A stretch of DNA of 64,000 nucleotides from Octopus sinensis (Eukaryota): assembly GCF_006345805.1 (NCBI RefSeq), contig NC_043015.1:17360001-17424000 (forward strand). Direction: 5' to 3'. Positions 26,700 through 39,344 of this stretch are shown piece after piece. Each line of letters opens with the position of its first letter. The first letter of the stretch is position 1. The notes below the pieces were generated by a model. The model was given only the letters and a program-made list of their open reading frames with translations, had not been told where the DNA came from and did not search any database. The position numbers and the translations under genes were made by a program.

Positions 26700-27400
26700 A
26701 CGATTGGTAACAAGTGTATGACGCAAATAATAATAAAAATTATTCAATGTATGATAACAGAGGATAGGGGAAAGAGAAATGGCGTAAAATAAAAATTTTA
26801 TGTATTAAAGCTCAACCGTATCCAAGAGTCTTTATTGATTATAAAAATGTAAAGATAATTTTTATCAATTAAGAAATAAGAAAATGAATATATGAAGAAA
26901 GAAAGACCTTGCAGAAGAAATTTAAACGCAATGATCATAATTGGGTGGTAAAGAACGTATACAATTAATGTCTAAAATAAAATAACGAGAACTGTGTGGT
27001 AGTGAAACAAACCAATTATTAAAATATTTTCTTTCTCTTTCTCCTTCCCTTTCACATTCCCTCTCTCCTTCACTCCCACCCTCTTTTTCATGCACAATCA
27101 CACACACGTGTGTGTGTGTGTGTGGTGTGTGTGTGTGTGTGTGTGTGTGTTTGTCTGTGAGGTGTGTATGCAATTTGATCTCTCTGTAAAATGTTGGCTG
27201 AATTAGTTTTACCCACCTCAGTATTCCAATGTTTGAGACTGGTGTCCTGCATTCGGTACACATTGCAAAGCATGTGGAAAACTTAACCACTGGGAAAAAA
27301 ATGTGTAAGTTGACAAAATCCCAGAAATACAAGCCCCAATTTTCAAAGAGGAGCGGAAATAGAAGAAGAAATATACACAGCGTAGTAATACTGTTTACTT
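26700..27400 (+). mobile_element. Degenerate Ty3/Gypsy gag relic with CCHC zinc knuckle
   Basis: tgtcctgcattcggtacacattgcaaagcatgtggaaaacttaaccactgg = CPAFGTHCKACGKLNHW at ~27244-27295; upstream extent uncertain. Confidence 0.5.
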
Positions 27401-27699
27401 TAAAACACAGTTCGTACTGTTCACTAACAAATAGTGCCAAAGTGGGGATATATTCTACACACGTATACATATAGATATGAATGTGTAACATCCCGTCTTC
27501 TTGAAAGAAAAAAGGGTCTTTTGGCAGTGAAGACAATTTTAGTAGTCTCCCTTACTCTAATGCATTGTCAGCGCGAGGTGGCAATCCTGCAGCAGAAACC
27601 GTGTGATTATTCTGCCTCTGCTTTGTAATCTAGCAGAATTATTTACTTATCTTACCTTTTTTGGGGGGAAAAAACTTTATCATGTATAAAAAGAGAAAA

Positions 27700-30600
27700 T
27701 ATTTACATTTTTTTTCAAAATATACCATCAGTTCAATTGCCTAAAAAAATTAAATAGGAAATGAAAACCAAATTGAGTATAATTAAATTAATCATAGCAG
27801 TTTTTGAAAGTTCATGTATATTTTTTTCCTTTAATGGTATCGAACCGGTGGCAGGATGTTGTTTCTCCATCTGGTGGATCTTGTGCTTCGCACCGGTGTC
27901 TGAGGTGTGATGTTGGGCTGCTGATGGGTGGTTGGTGCCCATTGGGATGATGATTCTGTGGGTGTTGTCACCGACGCTGTAGGTGTTGTACACGTTGTCT
28001 GCTGATGGGTGGTTGGTGCCCGTTGGGATGATGATTCTGTGGGTGTTGTCACTGATGCAGCAGGTGTTGTACACATTGTCCTCAACAGCTTTGGTGTTGG
28101 GCGGATGTGGGCCCTGTTGCGTCTCAGCTGCCTACCAGATTCCGTTTCTATTATATATGATCTTGGAGTTTCAGCTCTCCTGACAACTTGTGCTGGAATC
28201 CATGTGTTAGTTATGGGATCTTGAGTATGCACATGTTGTCCTCCAAGTATCTCAGGTAAATATGGTGCATGTTTGTTGTAATATTTCTGTGTTTGTTCTT
28301 GAGTGGCTGCTAACTTTGCCCTTGTCTCTTCCTGGTCAATAGGAGGTTGGATCTTACTTGGCAGGGTAGTTTTGTACTTCCTGCCATTCAGCAATTCTGC
28401 TGGGGATTTCATATCAGTGGTGTCGCTCGTAGGGACAGAAGTGCCATGTGTGGGTCTTCCTTAGTCTCTCGGCATTTGACTAGTGTTCTTTTCACTGTCT
28501 GCACCTGTCTTTCTATAAACCCATGACCTTTGGGGTAGTGTGGAGATGAGGTTGTAATATTGAACCCATACTCATCGGCTAGCTTTTTGAATTCCTGCGA
28601 TGTGAACTGGGTTCCATTGTCACATATGATCTGCTCTGGTATTCCTTGCTCTGCTAGAAGTCCTCGAGCCACTGTAGTGATTGTTTTGGCTCTCAGGTCC
28701 TTCACTTTTCTCACAAATGGAAATTTGGAGTAGTAGCAGACCATAATCAAATACCATTCTTGGCCCTCTGTGAACAGATCTGCTCCAATAGTTTGCCATG
28801 GCCTTCTTGGGATGTCACTAGATATCATTTTCTCCTTTTGTTGTGAGTTTCTGTACTTTTGACAGATGTGGCATGTAGAAACTGTCTTTTCTATGTCTTT
28901 GTACATGCCTACCCAATATACTGCTGACTTAGCTCGGAGCTTGCATTTCTCCATTCCTAGATGCCCTTGGTGGATCTTGTTAAGAATCTCTTTTTGCATT
29001 GACTTGGGTATAATTATTCGGGATCCAGCCATCAGGATTCCATTCTCCACTGATATATCATCATGGATGGCCCAATATTCACGAATTAGGGGCTGCACCT
29101 GATGTCTCTTTTCTGGCCACCCCTGAATCACCATCTGAGTAAGGAGCTGGAGTTCTTCATCTTTGCTGGTCTCCTCTTTGATTTCTGCTAGCTTTGTGGT
29201 TGTTACATTCACAATGTGGTGGACCTTTATGCTTAGTCCTTCCATCTCATGTTTATCATGTGATGATAGTCTGGACAGAGCATACGCCAATATCAGGTCT
29301 TTTCCTGGCTTGTACCTGATATCGTAGTCGTATGTTTGAAGTCTTAACAGTAATCTTTGCAGTCTGGCTGGTGCTTTCATGAGGTTTTTTCTATGTATTT
29401 GTTCTAGCGGGCGATGGTCTGTTTCAATATTGAAATGTCTGCCATACAGATATGTATGGAACTTTTCACATCCATATACTACTGCCAGGAGTTCCCTTTC
29501 AATATTTGCGTACCTTGTCTCTGTGGGTGAGAGAGCTTTCAAGGCATATGCAATGGGTTTACCTTCCTGTATCAGTGCTGCGCCAACTCCTCTCATAGAA
29601 GCATCGACTTGGAGTATTACTGGTTTGCGTCTGCCATAGTATTGCAGAGTTGTCTCCTTACTGATGAGCTTTTTGATTGCTTCAAAATCCTGTGTGTGAG
29701 AAGCACACCAATCAAACTCTACGTCATCTTTGTTTAGTTCTCGGAGATTTGCAGTGAGATCGGCCAGCTTGGGTATGAAGGCTCCCATGTAGTGGATGAG
29801 TTCCAGGAAGCTCCTGAGTTCCTTCTTGTCTTTAGGTTCTTTAATGTCTCTGATGGCTTCCACTTTAGCGGGGTCTGGTTTAACTCTCTCTGCAGAGTAT
29901 ATAATTCCAAAGAATTTGCACTCTTTTGCTTTTACCTCACACTTGTTTGCATTGAGTTTGATGCCTGCTTGTCGGGTTTTCTCCATAGCTTCATGTAAAT
30001 TGAAGTCATGTGTGGTCTCACCCTTACCATGCACTTGGATGTCGTCTGCTATCCCAATTGCTCCCTTGCAGCCTTCGTAGGTCTCATCTATTTGGCTCTG
30101 GAAAACATCTTGGCTCACCTTCAATCCAAATGGGAGTCGGTTGAATCGATATCTGCCAAATAGTGTGTTGAAGGTAGTGAGCATGGATGACTCTTCGTCT
30201 ATTTTTACATTCCAGTACCCATTACTGGCATCTAGTTTGCTGAATAATTTGGACCCGGCCAATGATGGTGTGATTTCTTCAAGGGTTGGAATTGGATGGT
30301 ACTCTCTTTTTAATGCCTTGTTCAGGTCCCGTGGGTCGAGGCATATCCGTAGGGTACCATTGGGTTTTTCCTTGATTACAATTGAATTTACCCAGTCTGT
30401 TGGTCGTGTCACTTTGGTGATTATTTCTTTTTTTTCCATTCTGTCCAACTCTGTCTTCAGCTTCTCTTTTAGTTCTAGAGAGACGCGGCGAGGTGGGTGA
30501 ACAATTGGCTTGATATTGGGGTCGACTGTTATAGGGTATCGACATTTCACAAAGCACCCGGCTGTATCGTCAAAGCATTCAGGGTACATGCTCATCAGTT

Positions 30601-31200
30601 CCTTTTTGTTTGTGATTGGTGGTCGGTCTTTGATATGCATATCACTGTCAATCCTGCTCGGAGTTGCCTTCACTTCACCATTGATTGACACAATATTTAG
30701 CTTTTTGCAGGTATTGAGTCCAAGAATTGCTGGTCCTTCTGTTCTTGTGACATAAAAAGAACACTTGATTATTTTTCCTTTGTGTGTCCCTGTAATTGTT
30801 GTTTTACCCAGTTATGGAATCCTGGTACCTCCGTATGCAGTGAGGATTACATCACTTGGTGTGAGGATTCCTTCTTTGATTTTATCCTCTTGTGTCATGT
30901 GTTCTGGGAACATCTTCTTGTAAAGGTTGACAGGCAAGATATCACTCTGGGCTCCAGTGTCAATCTTCAGCCTTAAGTCAATGTTTATTCTTTTCTTGCC
31001 AGCCTTCTTTTGAATTCTTATTGTTGTGTATGCCTCATTTTTTTCTGGTCGCCCTTTCCCATCTCATGCACATTTATTGTGCCGACTGCCAAGAATTCCT
31101 CCTCTGAGGTGTTTTGTTCCTGTTGTTGTGCATGTATATCTCTTCTTCTTTTTTCTTTTTGGTGGCAGTGATGGGATTGCATTGTCAGTAGAAATAACCT
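27700..31200 (-). mobile_element. Ty3/Gypsy LTR retrotransposon internal region (PR-RT-RNaseH-IN); gag and LTRs not found
   Basis: LKIDTGAQ protease at ~30945-30972; pol domains follow in Gypsy order. Confidence 0.92.
28409..30691 (-). CDS. pol: Gypsy pol: reverse transcriptase, RNase H and integrase (760 aa open); continues into 27831-28412 after a frameshift and upstream past one stop codon
   Basis: RICLDPRDLNKAL, FSKLDASNGYW, RLPFGL, GIADDI, VDASMRGVGAAL, ETDHRPL, HQGHLGMEKC..C..C zinc finger, QTIGADLF, ICDNGTQF, GFIERQVQTVK. Confidence 0.93.
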   Translation of the reverse strand: MSINGEVKATPSRIDSDMHIKDRPPITNKKELMSMYPECFDDTAGCFVKCRYPITVDPNIKPIVHPPRRVSLELKEKLKTELDRMEKKEIITKVTRPTDWVNSIVIKEKPNGTLRICLDPRDLNKALKREYHPIPTLEEITPSLAGSKLFSKLDASNGYWNVKIDEESSMLTTFNTLFGRYRFNRLPFGLKVSQDVFQSQIDETYEGCKGAIGIADDIQVHGKGETTHDFNLHEAMEKTRQAGIKLNANKCEVKAKECKFFGIIYSAERVKPDPAKVEAIRDIKEPKDKKELRSFLELIHYMGAFIPKLADLTANLRELNKDDVEFDWCASHTQDFEAIKKLISKETTLQYYGRRKPVILQVDASMRGVGAALIQEGKPIAYALKALSPTETRYANIERELLAVVYGCEKFHTYLYGRHFNIETDHRPLEQIHRKNLMKAPARLQRLLLRLQTYDYDIRYKPGKDLILAYALSRLSSHDKHEMEGLSIKVHHIVNVTTTKLAEIKEETSKDEELQLLTQMVIQGWPEKRHQVQPLIREYWAIHDDISVENGILMAGSRIIIPKSMQKEILNKIHQGHLGMEKCKLRAKSAVYWVGMYKDIEKTVSTCHICQKYRNSQQKEKMISSDIPRRPWQTIGADLFTEGQEWYLIMVCYYSKFPFVRKVKDLRAKTITTVARGLLAEQGIPEQIICDNGTQFTSQEFKKLADEYGFNITTSSPHYPKGHGFIERQVQTVKRTLVKCRETKEDPHMALLSLRATPLI

Positions 31201-31574
31201 CGATAACAAAAATTGCCATCAACTAAAATACTGTAGGCGTATGTTTTTTTTTTACCACTAAAAATATAACTGGAAGTTAAAAACTACAACTCTGGTGTTT
31301 CTTCGCATCGCATCAATAATTAATTCAAATTAAAAGAAAAAAAAAGTTTTATGCACTCACATCACCCAAGAGTCGTAGCAACGGTTTTCGTCGTCAGATT
31401 AACAAATGTAAACCACCTACAACTTGCACAGTTATAATTCTTTTTTTTTTTTTTGTAACAGAAACGAAGTAATTTATAATGCAAAATAACAAGTGCGAAA
31501 GAATTAATGAAAATATATATTACTGATGGTATCAAACTGGCATTATACAGATTGTGAAAATATGTTAAATATTG

Positions 31575-32160
31575 ATTTCAGATTTTGGCTCAAGGCCAGC
31601 AGTTTTGGGGAAAGGAATAGGTCGATTACATCGACCCAAGTGTTACACTGGTACTTATTTTATCGACCCCGAAAGGATGAAAGGCGAAGTCCACCTCGGC
31701 GGAATTTGAACACAGAACGTAAGAACAGACGAAATACCTATTTCATTACTACCCACAAGGGGCTAAACACGGAGGGGACAGACAAGGACAGACAAACGGA
31801 TTAAGTCGATTACATCGACCCCAGTGCGTAACTGGTACTTAATTTATCGACCCCGAAAGGATGAAAGGCAAAGTCGACCTCGGCGGAATTTGAACTCAGA
31901 ACGTAACGACAGACGAAATACTGCTACGCATTTCGCCCGGCGTGCTAACGTTTCTGCCAGCTCGCCGCCCTAAATATGTTAAATATTGATTTCAAATTTC
32001 GACAGAAGACCAGTAGGTTCGGGGAGAGTACTCGATTAGGTACTTATTTTATCGACCCGGAAAGGGTGAAAGGCAGAGTTGATCTCAGAACGTAAAGACG
32101 GATAAAATGCCGCAAAGCATTTTCCCCGGCGTGCTAACAATTCTGCCAGTTCGCCGCTAT
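31575..32160 (-). mobile_element. Cluster of three nested or tandem tRNA-derived SINEs (Nin/Deu-domain-like)
   Basis: Three copies of tatcgaccccgaaaggatgaaaggc..acctcggcggaatttgaac; minus-strand head ggcggcgagctggcagaa..gttcaaattcc. Confidence 0.8.
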
Positions 32161-32725
32161 AAATATGTTAGATATTAATAGTTGATATCTATAGTAAATA
32201 CATGTAAGATCGAGCGATGAAAATATCTAAATATAGTCGACCAAAAAGTTATGAGATTGTTAGAATTAAAATGTCACTAACAAGGACAGAATTAAAAATA
32301 CGTAGAAAAGCGTCACAAGGTGAACATTCGTTCAAGTCGTATCGCATTCCAAACTTGATAAACAAACTAAGAGTATTGTAAATTCAAATGAATAATATTT
32401 GCATGAAATGCAATCTGCATCAGTAAAATGATGGCTATGAATTTATGAAAGATTCAGGCTTAAATGGGCTCTGAAAATATCGAAGGTCATTTGTATAATT
32501 GATGGAAAGAGATTTTTTTACCAAGGTTTGCATTACGTCGACTCGTTTCTACTAAATTTAGAAGCAAAACTTAAAAGACAATTTTGAAAATATAAATCGT
32601 TTAAAGGAGTGTCTCTCTGTGAAGGTCCTGTTAGCAACACAGTTTCTTCTTTCAACAATTATATGTCAAGATACCGTTGCAATGTATCACACTGCATAAA
32701 GCAAAACTAAATACAAACACAGTCA

Positions 32726-33079
32726 TCTCTCTATATATAAACGGCAAAATGTCTGTGTGTGTGTCCTTTATACAAATCCACAATTTTTCAATTAGAGGGC
32801 TCGCACTTTCTATGATCATTCAAAACCGTCCAAGGGTAGTCATGCACATCTTTACAATTCCCCAGTCACCCCGATAAGTCATTAAAAAATCAATAGGAAT
32901 GACTTTTTTGTGAAATTTCTATCCAAAACCCAATCAAAATGCCCGAAACTTGATACGCCAATTGAATGCTAGCTAGCTGTATGTGATTGGTTGGAGATTT
33001 GGACAGTACTCGCGTGTATGTACGCACGCACGCAGCTGTATATGAACTATGACCCGGCAACGCCGGGTCATAGTGCTAG
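32726..33079 (+). mobile_element. Complete non-autonomous Helitron (~354 bp)
   Basis: 5' TC after A; 3' hairpin tatgacccggc-aac-gccgggtcata (33048-33072) then CTAG followed by T; no TSD; a reverse-oriented 3' end also at ~15940-15975. Confidence 0.85.
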
Positions 33080-33194
33080 TTTTATATAAAATAACTCCAA
33101 AAATTAAGATATTAATAGACTGAACACGAGCAAGTCACAGATAACGCCCCTGAACGAAAACTGATGTCAACGGTCAGAAGTTCAAAGTCGACGG

Positions 33195-35703
33195 TACTGG
33201 CATCGACTCCAGAGGCGCTTTTCAAGCCTTCCGAAAGCAACACTTGCTTTTCTAATTCTATATGGAATTTCATCATCCAAATTGCTATATCTATTAATAG
33301 TGCTTCCCAGGTAGACAAACTGATCAACTACATCAAGTCTTTTACCACACACATAGATATTTGGTACACTATACTGCTTACCAGGGGCAGGTTGGTGCAT
33401 GACAACAGTTTTCTTGAGATTGAATGTCAATCCCAAGGCAGTGCAAGCATCAGAGAATGCATTCAAAATGTGTTGCATATCAATCTGTGTGCTACTAGCT
33501 CATAATCATCTGCATACAAAAGGTCTCTTATGATAGAGGTAAATACCTTTGATTTTGCAGCAAAGCGCCTGATATTAAATATGCTGCCAGAGGTTCGATA
33601 ATAGATGTAAACACCGTATCTGCAGTTTCTGAATGCAATACAGAACACCATCGCAAAATATATGGAAAAAAGGGTCGGTGACAGAATATTCCCCTGTTTC
33701 ACTCCATTTTGTATTGAAATGGGCTCCGACATTTTCCCTCTAACATTCACCCTACCATTCATGTCTTCATGAAAAGACATAACCAAAGCAAGAAACTTTT
33801 CAGGACACCCAGATTTCTGGAGGACTTTCCACAATGCTTTTCTATTGACGGTATCAAAGGCTTTTGTCAAATCGACAAGAACCTGATACAAATCCAGACC
33901 CTGTTCCACACACTTCTTCTGAAGCTGTCTAGCTGAAAAGATCATATCAGCAGTGCCACGTCCCACATGAAAGCCAGATTGACTTTCTGGAAGAACACAG
34001 TCTGCAATGTATTTCAGCAGACGATCCAGAAGTACCCTGCATAAAACCTTTCCTACGACAGAAAGCAATGATACTCCCCTATAATTACCACAATCATTCC
34101 TGTTGCCCTTTCCCTTATACAGGACCACTGTATCTCTCCAGTCCTCAGGTACAGATTCACTAGTCCATAGCTTACCAAACAAAGAGTGAAGTTTCTGCAG
34201 AAGTTTCTCACCACCATGCTGTAACAACTCCGCATGTATGCCACCCATACCCGGAGACTTCCCATTATTCAACCTTGAGACAGCCATTGCAACTTCTTCC
34301 AACTTTGGTGGTTCTGCGAGTCCGCCTTCACAGGTAATCCAGGGATGAGATTGAGAACATCCTCACTAACTACAGACTGCTGATTCATCAAAGTGTTCAT
34401 CAAAGTGTTCTTGCCACCTTCGCAGAACTCCTTGGGAATCACGAAGTTCTTTACCATCCCTGCTTCGAAGTAATGTCATCAGGGAAGACGTCGGTCCATA
34501 AACTTCTCGCAAGAGACCATACAACAGCTTTGTGTTATTGGAATCTGATGCCGCCTGTATCTCATCAGCCTTCTTACTCCACCACGTATCCCTCATCTGA
34601 GAGAGCCTTTGCCTCACACGTGATTTTACGTCCTTAAGTTCCCTATGCAACACTTCCCTTTCCTGTGGCTTTGCTGACAAATAGCGTGACAAAGTACGTC
34701 TTTTATCAACCAATAAATCATCTATATGTTCATCATTTTCTTTAAACTAATCTTGATGCTTTCTTTGTATCAATCTCAGGACTTTCTTGCCTATATCATA
34801 AACTGACTTTTTAAGGGTCGGTCAATCCTCCCCAATATCTGCAGCATTCATTTCCTCTTGTAAAGTTCTCTTCACACTATTACAACTAAGACGATCAACA
34901 TTCAGTCTTTTAGGCAAGGTAATCCCTGCAGCTCGGATTTTGTTTTGTGACTAATTTCACTTTTGCACGTACTAGGCGGTGGTCAGTCCAACACTCAGCT
35001 CCACGAAGAACACGAACACACTGCACATCCTGTCTGTCACGCACCCTAACAAGGATGTAATCCAGAATATGCCATTCTTTAGATGCAGAGTGCATCCATG
35101 TAGTCTTAAACTTATTCTTTTGTTGAAACACACAGACGCAGCTCGTCACACATCTGCAGCAAAAGCATGCCATTACTTTTACACTTCTCCACCCCATACT
35201 TTCCAATTACTGTCCATGTGTTAAAATCCCTACCCACTCTAGCATTAAAGTCACCCAGTACGATGGCTTTGTCTGCCGAGGGATATTTCTTATAATGCCC
35301 TTCAAAGCATGGCAGAAAGAAAGTTTTTCGTCATCAGTATAGCACATAGTTGAAGCATAACACACTCGCCAAGGTCATATAATTTCCTTTAACCAAAGGA
35401 ATTCTTCCAACTTGTTCACAAGAGTAGTCTTAACAGCAAATGCTACTCCAGCTTCTCCTCTAAACTCTTCATTCCTCCCTTTCCAAAATGGTTTAACCGC
35501 GCGATCGGGTATTCAGTCCGATTGTTTCTATGTCCCGCACATGATACAGCCTTAAGACATTTATTGGGTGGCCGTTGACTCTCAAGAGTTCCTCCTCACC
35601 AATCAAGCTTGGTGGGGTTGCCGGTTTAGTCGCCGACGACCCGACCATGCAACATGTTGTACTGGGTTACATGTTACCAGTAGCACTCGAAAGTGACCTG
35701 ACC
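33195..35703 (-). mobile_element. RTE-clade LINE (second family): 5' UTR, APE and RT, 3'-truncated
   Basis: WHILDYILVR..ECWTDHRLV; KSPGMGGIHAELL, NYRGVSLL, VDLTKAFDTV, GVKQGNILSPTLF, DLLYADD. Confidence 0.9.
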
Positions 35704-35768
<65 letters not shown>

Positions 35769-35799
35769 AAACAAGTAAAAAATAGAAAATGCTAAAATA

Positions 35800-38430
35800 A
35801 TTTTATAGTGAACATTTCAGTACCGGTTTCGGTCATTTTGAGACCTTTTCAACTGTAACGATTAAATAATTAAATTTAGAAAAATTAGAAGAAAAGTTTT
35901 TTTAAAAGAATATTTCTATAGTAGTGTTCAGATTTAAGTGGCATTCTGCCTTTCTCTGACTCCCTTGTTTGCACTTGTGTGTTCGAGGTAGTTGTGAGCT
36001 CTTGGTAGGGTAGTAGAGAGAAGGCTGGTGAGGAAAGGGGGGTGGGAGAATCTGGGAGTGCCCTGATGGTCGTATTTTGAATGGTCAGTGGCGGCTGGCA
36101 GTCTCAGTTCAATTCAGGAGAATATTTATATTGACAGGCTTCTTTATAGAATTAGCGTAGGTGTTATACTAAAAAACATTAGTGACAAACTTAAGGGGAG
36201 GGGGTGAAGAAGAAGAAGAAGAAGAAGAAGAAGAAGAAGAGAAGAAGAAGAAGAAGAAGAAGAAGAGAAGGAGGAGAAGATGACGATGATGGTGATGGTG
36301 GTGATGATTATGACGACGATGATGATGATAACGATGATGATGAAGAAGAAGAAGAAGAAGAAGGAGGAGAAGGAGAAGATGGTGGTGATGATGGTGGCGA
36401 TGATGATGATGCCGATGATGATGATAACGATGATGATGAAGAAGAAGAGGAAGAAGAAGAAGAAGAAAAACAGAGAAGGGAGAATATGAATGTAAATATA
36501 GCTATGAAGGGGCTGATTAGTAATGGATTCTATTGAGTGTAGTATTTGGGTGTGTGTATATATTTTTTTTCTTTTATTCTAAAGTTGAGGTATATTAATT
36601 GTTTGTCGTAGACCCGTTAAGAAGTGGCTTGTATTTTGTAATAAAGAGATTTTCTTTACTTATTCGTTGTCTCGAGGTTGTATCGTCCCTAAATTGGTAG
36701 AGGGGGAAATTCTGAAGTTTGGTGTTTTTTTGTTGGCGCAAGTATCTATGTGTTGGCTAAAAGCTATTTTTCTGTTTTGGGGAATTTTTATCTGGGATCT
36801 GTGCAGGGCCATTCGTTTACGCAAACCATTTTTTTTTGGCCTATGTACTGCTCTTGACACCCGGAGCAGGTTAGTTAGTATATTAGGTTCTCCGAAGCAC
36901 ATGTGAAGTTGCTTTTCACTGTAAAACGTTGTCCCTGTTTGAAGGAGAACTCAGAACCCTCGATTAGATAGTCGCATATCCCGCAATTGGGTCTTCCACA
37001 TTTTTTTACTGTCGGCTTCTGTGTTGAAGAGTGAATTCGGGCTTGTGTAAGGAGACTTTTCATGGATCTAGGCTGTCTTTTGCTTTTATGATCTGATGTG
37101 TGTGTTTGGAGGATTGTGTTCATTCTGTGGTCTTTTTTTAGGAGGGGTATGTTGTGGAGGATGGTGTCGAAGGCTTCGTTATTGAGAGGGTTGTGTGTGG
37201 AGATGTATGGTAAGGCTTTTGGTTGTAAGTTTTTCTTTGATTTGGGATGTCTCAGTTCCTTGATGTTAAGTTGAAGGGCACGTTGAATGCTTTTGTCAAT
37301 AAGTGAAGGTGGATAGTTCCTGGTGATTAGGGTATCTTTTAGTTCTTGTAGTCGTGTGTCTCTGGTGTTTGCGTTAGAGACTATAGTGCATATCCTTTTT
37401 GCTAGATTGAAGGGGATATTCATCCTGGTGTGTCTGGGGTGGCATGAATTGAATGGAAGATATTGCTTAGAGTCTGTAGGCTTATAGTATATGTCTGTTT
37501 CTATTATATTATTAGCTTTCTTAATGAGGATATCGAGGAAGGGGAGTTGTTGTTGGCTATATTCCATCGTGAATTGGATGTTTACGTCCAGTCCGTTTAA
37601 AATTTTCTGGAATTCTATGAGTTTTTCTATATTTTTATGCCAAAGGATGAAACAGTCATCTAGATATCTCTTCCAGTTGTTTTCTATGTAGATGGAGAAA
37701 GGGCTGCCATATCTTTCTAGAACCTTACGATACAGACTGATCTCTAGGTATCTATGACTAGGTTGGCAAAGGAGGGGGCCATTCGTGTACCCATCGCAGT
37801 CCCCGATTTTTGTCGGTAGAAGTTGTCATTGAAGGCGAAGAAGTTATTTTCCAGGATGAATTTAACCCCTTCTATCACAAATTCTTTTTTGATGCGGCGG
37901 TGTGTGGTAGTCGTTGGCGTGATTCTCTAGCCAGAATTGGATTGCCTCTAGTCCTAGGTTGTGGGGGATATTGGAGTAGAGGTTGACTACATCGAAGGAT
38001 ACCAGTATGGTGTTTTTGTTTATAGTATTCGGTAGGTGATTGAGCATATCTAAGTCGTCCCTTATATAGCTTTTGACATGTTGAGGAGTGGTTTTAACAG
38101 GGTGTCTAAAAAGTTACTGAGGCGGTGGGTTTCGCATGCGGGACCTGCTATTATGGGTCTCAATTTGAGGTCATTAGGATTAGGGACTTTAATTATTTTG
38201 TCTGTAGCTATCTTGCATGCGTTGCTTATTTTTTCACTTTTGTGGATCTTAGGTATACCGTAGAATTGGCTAGTTTTACTTGTGAAATTGGTCATATAAT
38301 CATATTCTTTGTCGGTTAGCCCTGCTTTGTATGGGTTTATATGGATTTTAGTTCCCTCATTATTTTTTGTTGACTGTAGTTTGGCCTCCTTTCATAGTAT
38401 GTTGTGTCTTCCAGCATAGAAAGTACCAAA
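35800..38430 (-). mobile_element. Neptune-type Penelope-like element: RT, GIY-YIG and 3' UTR, split by a (GAA)n/(GAT)n tract at 36205-36480
   Basis: FYGIPKIHK..LRPII; LVSFDVVNLYSNIP; GTAMGTRMAP; WKRYLDDCFI; LPFLDILI..YYKPTD; CGRPNCGIC; FTCASENLIY; LRKRMALHRSQI. Confidence 0.92.
35816..35858 (-). ncRNA. Candidate minimal type-I hammerhead ribozyme (U3-A8 core) at a PLE 3' end
   Basis: Minus strand: cag TTGAAAA ggtc tcaaaat gacc GAAAC cg GTA ctg. Confidence 0.65.
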
Positions 38431-38564
38431 GTTATGTAAAATGTCGTATCCATTAAGACAACAGCACTCCCTTTATCGGCACAATATGCATTTTCTATTT
38501 TTTACTTGTTTTTTCATATATATCAACTCGTGTGTTCCTTTTCACCCTTATACATATATATATA

Positions 38565-38785
38565 TATATTCTCTTTTACTCTTTTACTTGTTTCAGTCAT
38601 TTGATTGCGGCCATGCTGGAGCACCGCCTTTAGTCGAGCAACTCGACCCCGGGACTTATTATTTGTAAGCCCAGTACTTATTCTATCGGTTTCTTTTGCC
38701 GAACCGCTAAGTGACGGGGACGTAAACACACCAGCATCGGTTGTCAAGCAATGCTAGGGGGACAAACACAGACACACAAACACAC

Positions 38786-38790
<5 letters not shown>
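38565..38790 (-). mobile_element. CORE-type SINE, partial
   Basis: Homology to the 3' half of 851-1247. Confidence 0.8.
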
Positions 38791-38884
<94 letters not shown>

Positions 38885-39308
38885 TTGTAAAAAATGAAGT
38901 TCGAAAATGCTGCTATTGTAGACCAATTTTTTAATTTTTATATATACATTATAACATGTTTCGGTTCTTGAGAACCTTAGCAAAAAAAGTTATATATAAA
39001 AAAAGATAGTTCATGCTATCAAATATAAAAAATTCATTTATAATATACAATAGAGTCAGACATCAAAAGTTCATATATCGTGAAGTGAGTTCGTTCATGC
39101 TATATGTTTAGAGAGTATGATGTAGTGGTTCATAGTGGTGATATGCATTCAATATAAAAAATAGATCAAAGTGGTGATATGCAGTCAATATAAAAAATTG
39201 GTGTTCCTGAAAGAGCGAGGAATTCCTTTTAGATTTTACCTTGAGTAACTGTGATGACTTTTGATCGGTGTTCGCTGGAATGCATACATACATACATACA
39301 TACATACA

Positions 39309-39339
<31 letters not shown>

Positions 39340-39344
<5 letters not shown>

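Noticed and set aside
31200-31560. Possible 5' LTR/PBS of the Gypsy element
   Set aside because: No repeat matching the 27400-27700 side; tggtatcaaa is on the wrong strand
36204-36536. Poly-K/R/D/E ORF
   Set aside because: (GAA)n/(GAT)n trinucleotide expansion inside a PLE 3' region
38950-38990. HHR-like remnant (ttgctaa ggttc-tcaa-gaacc GAAAC at GTT), minus strand
   Set aside because: A6 is mutated and stem I cannot form; probably a decayed pLTR HHR
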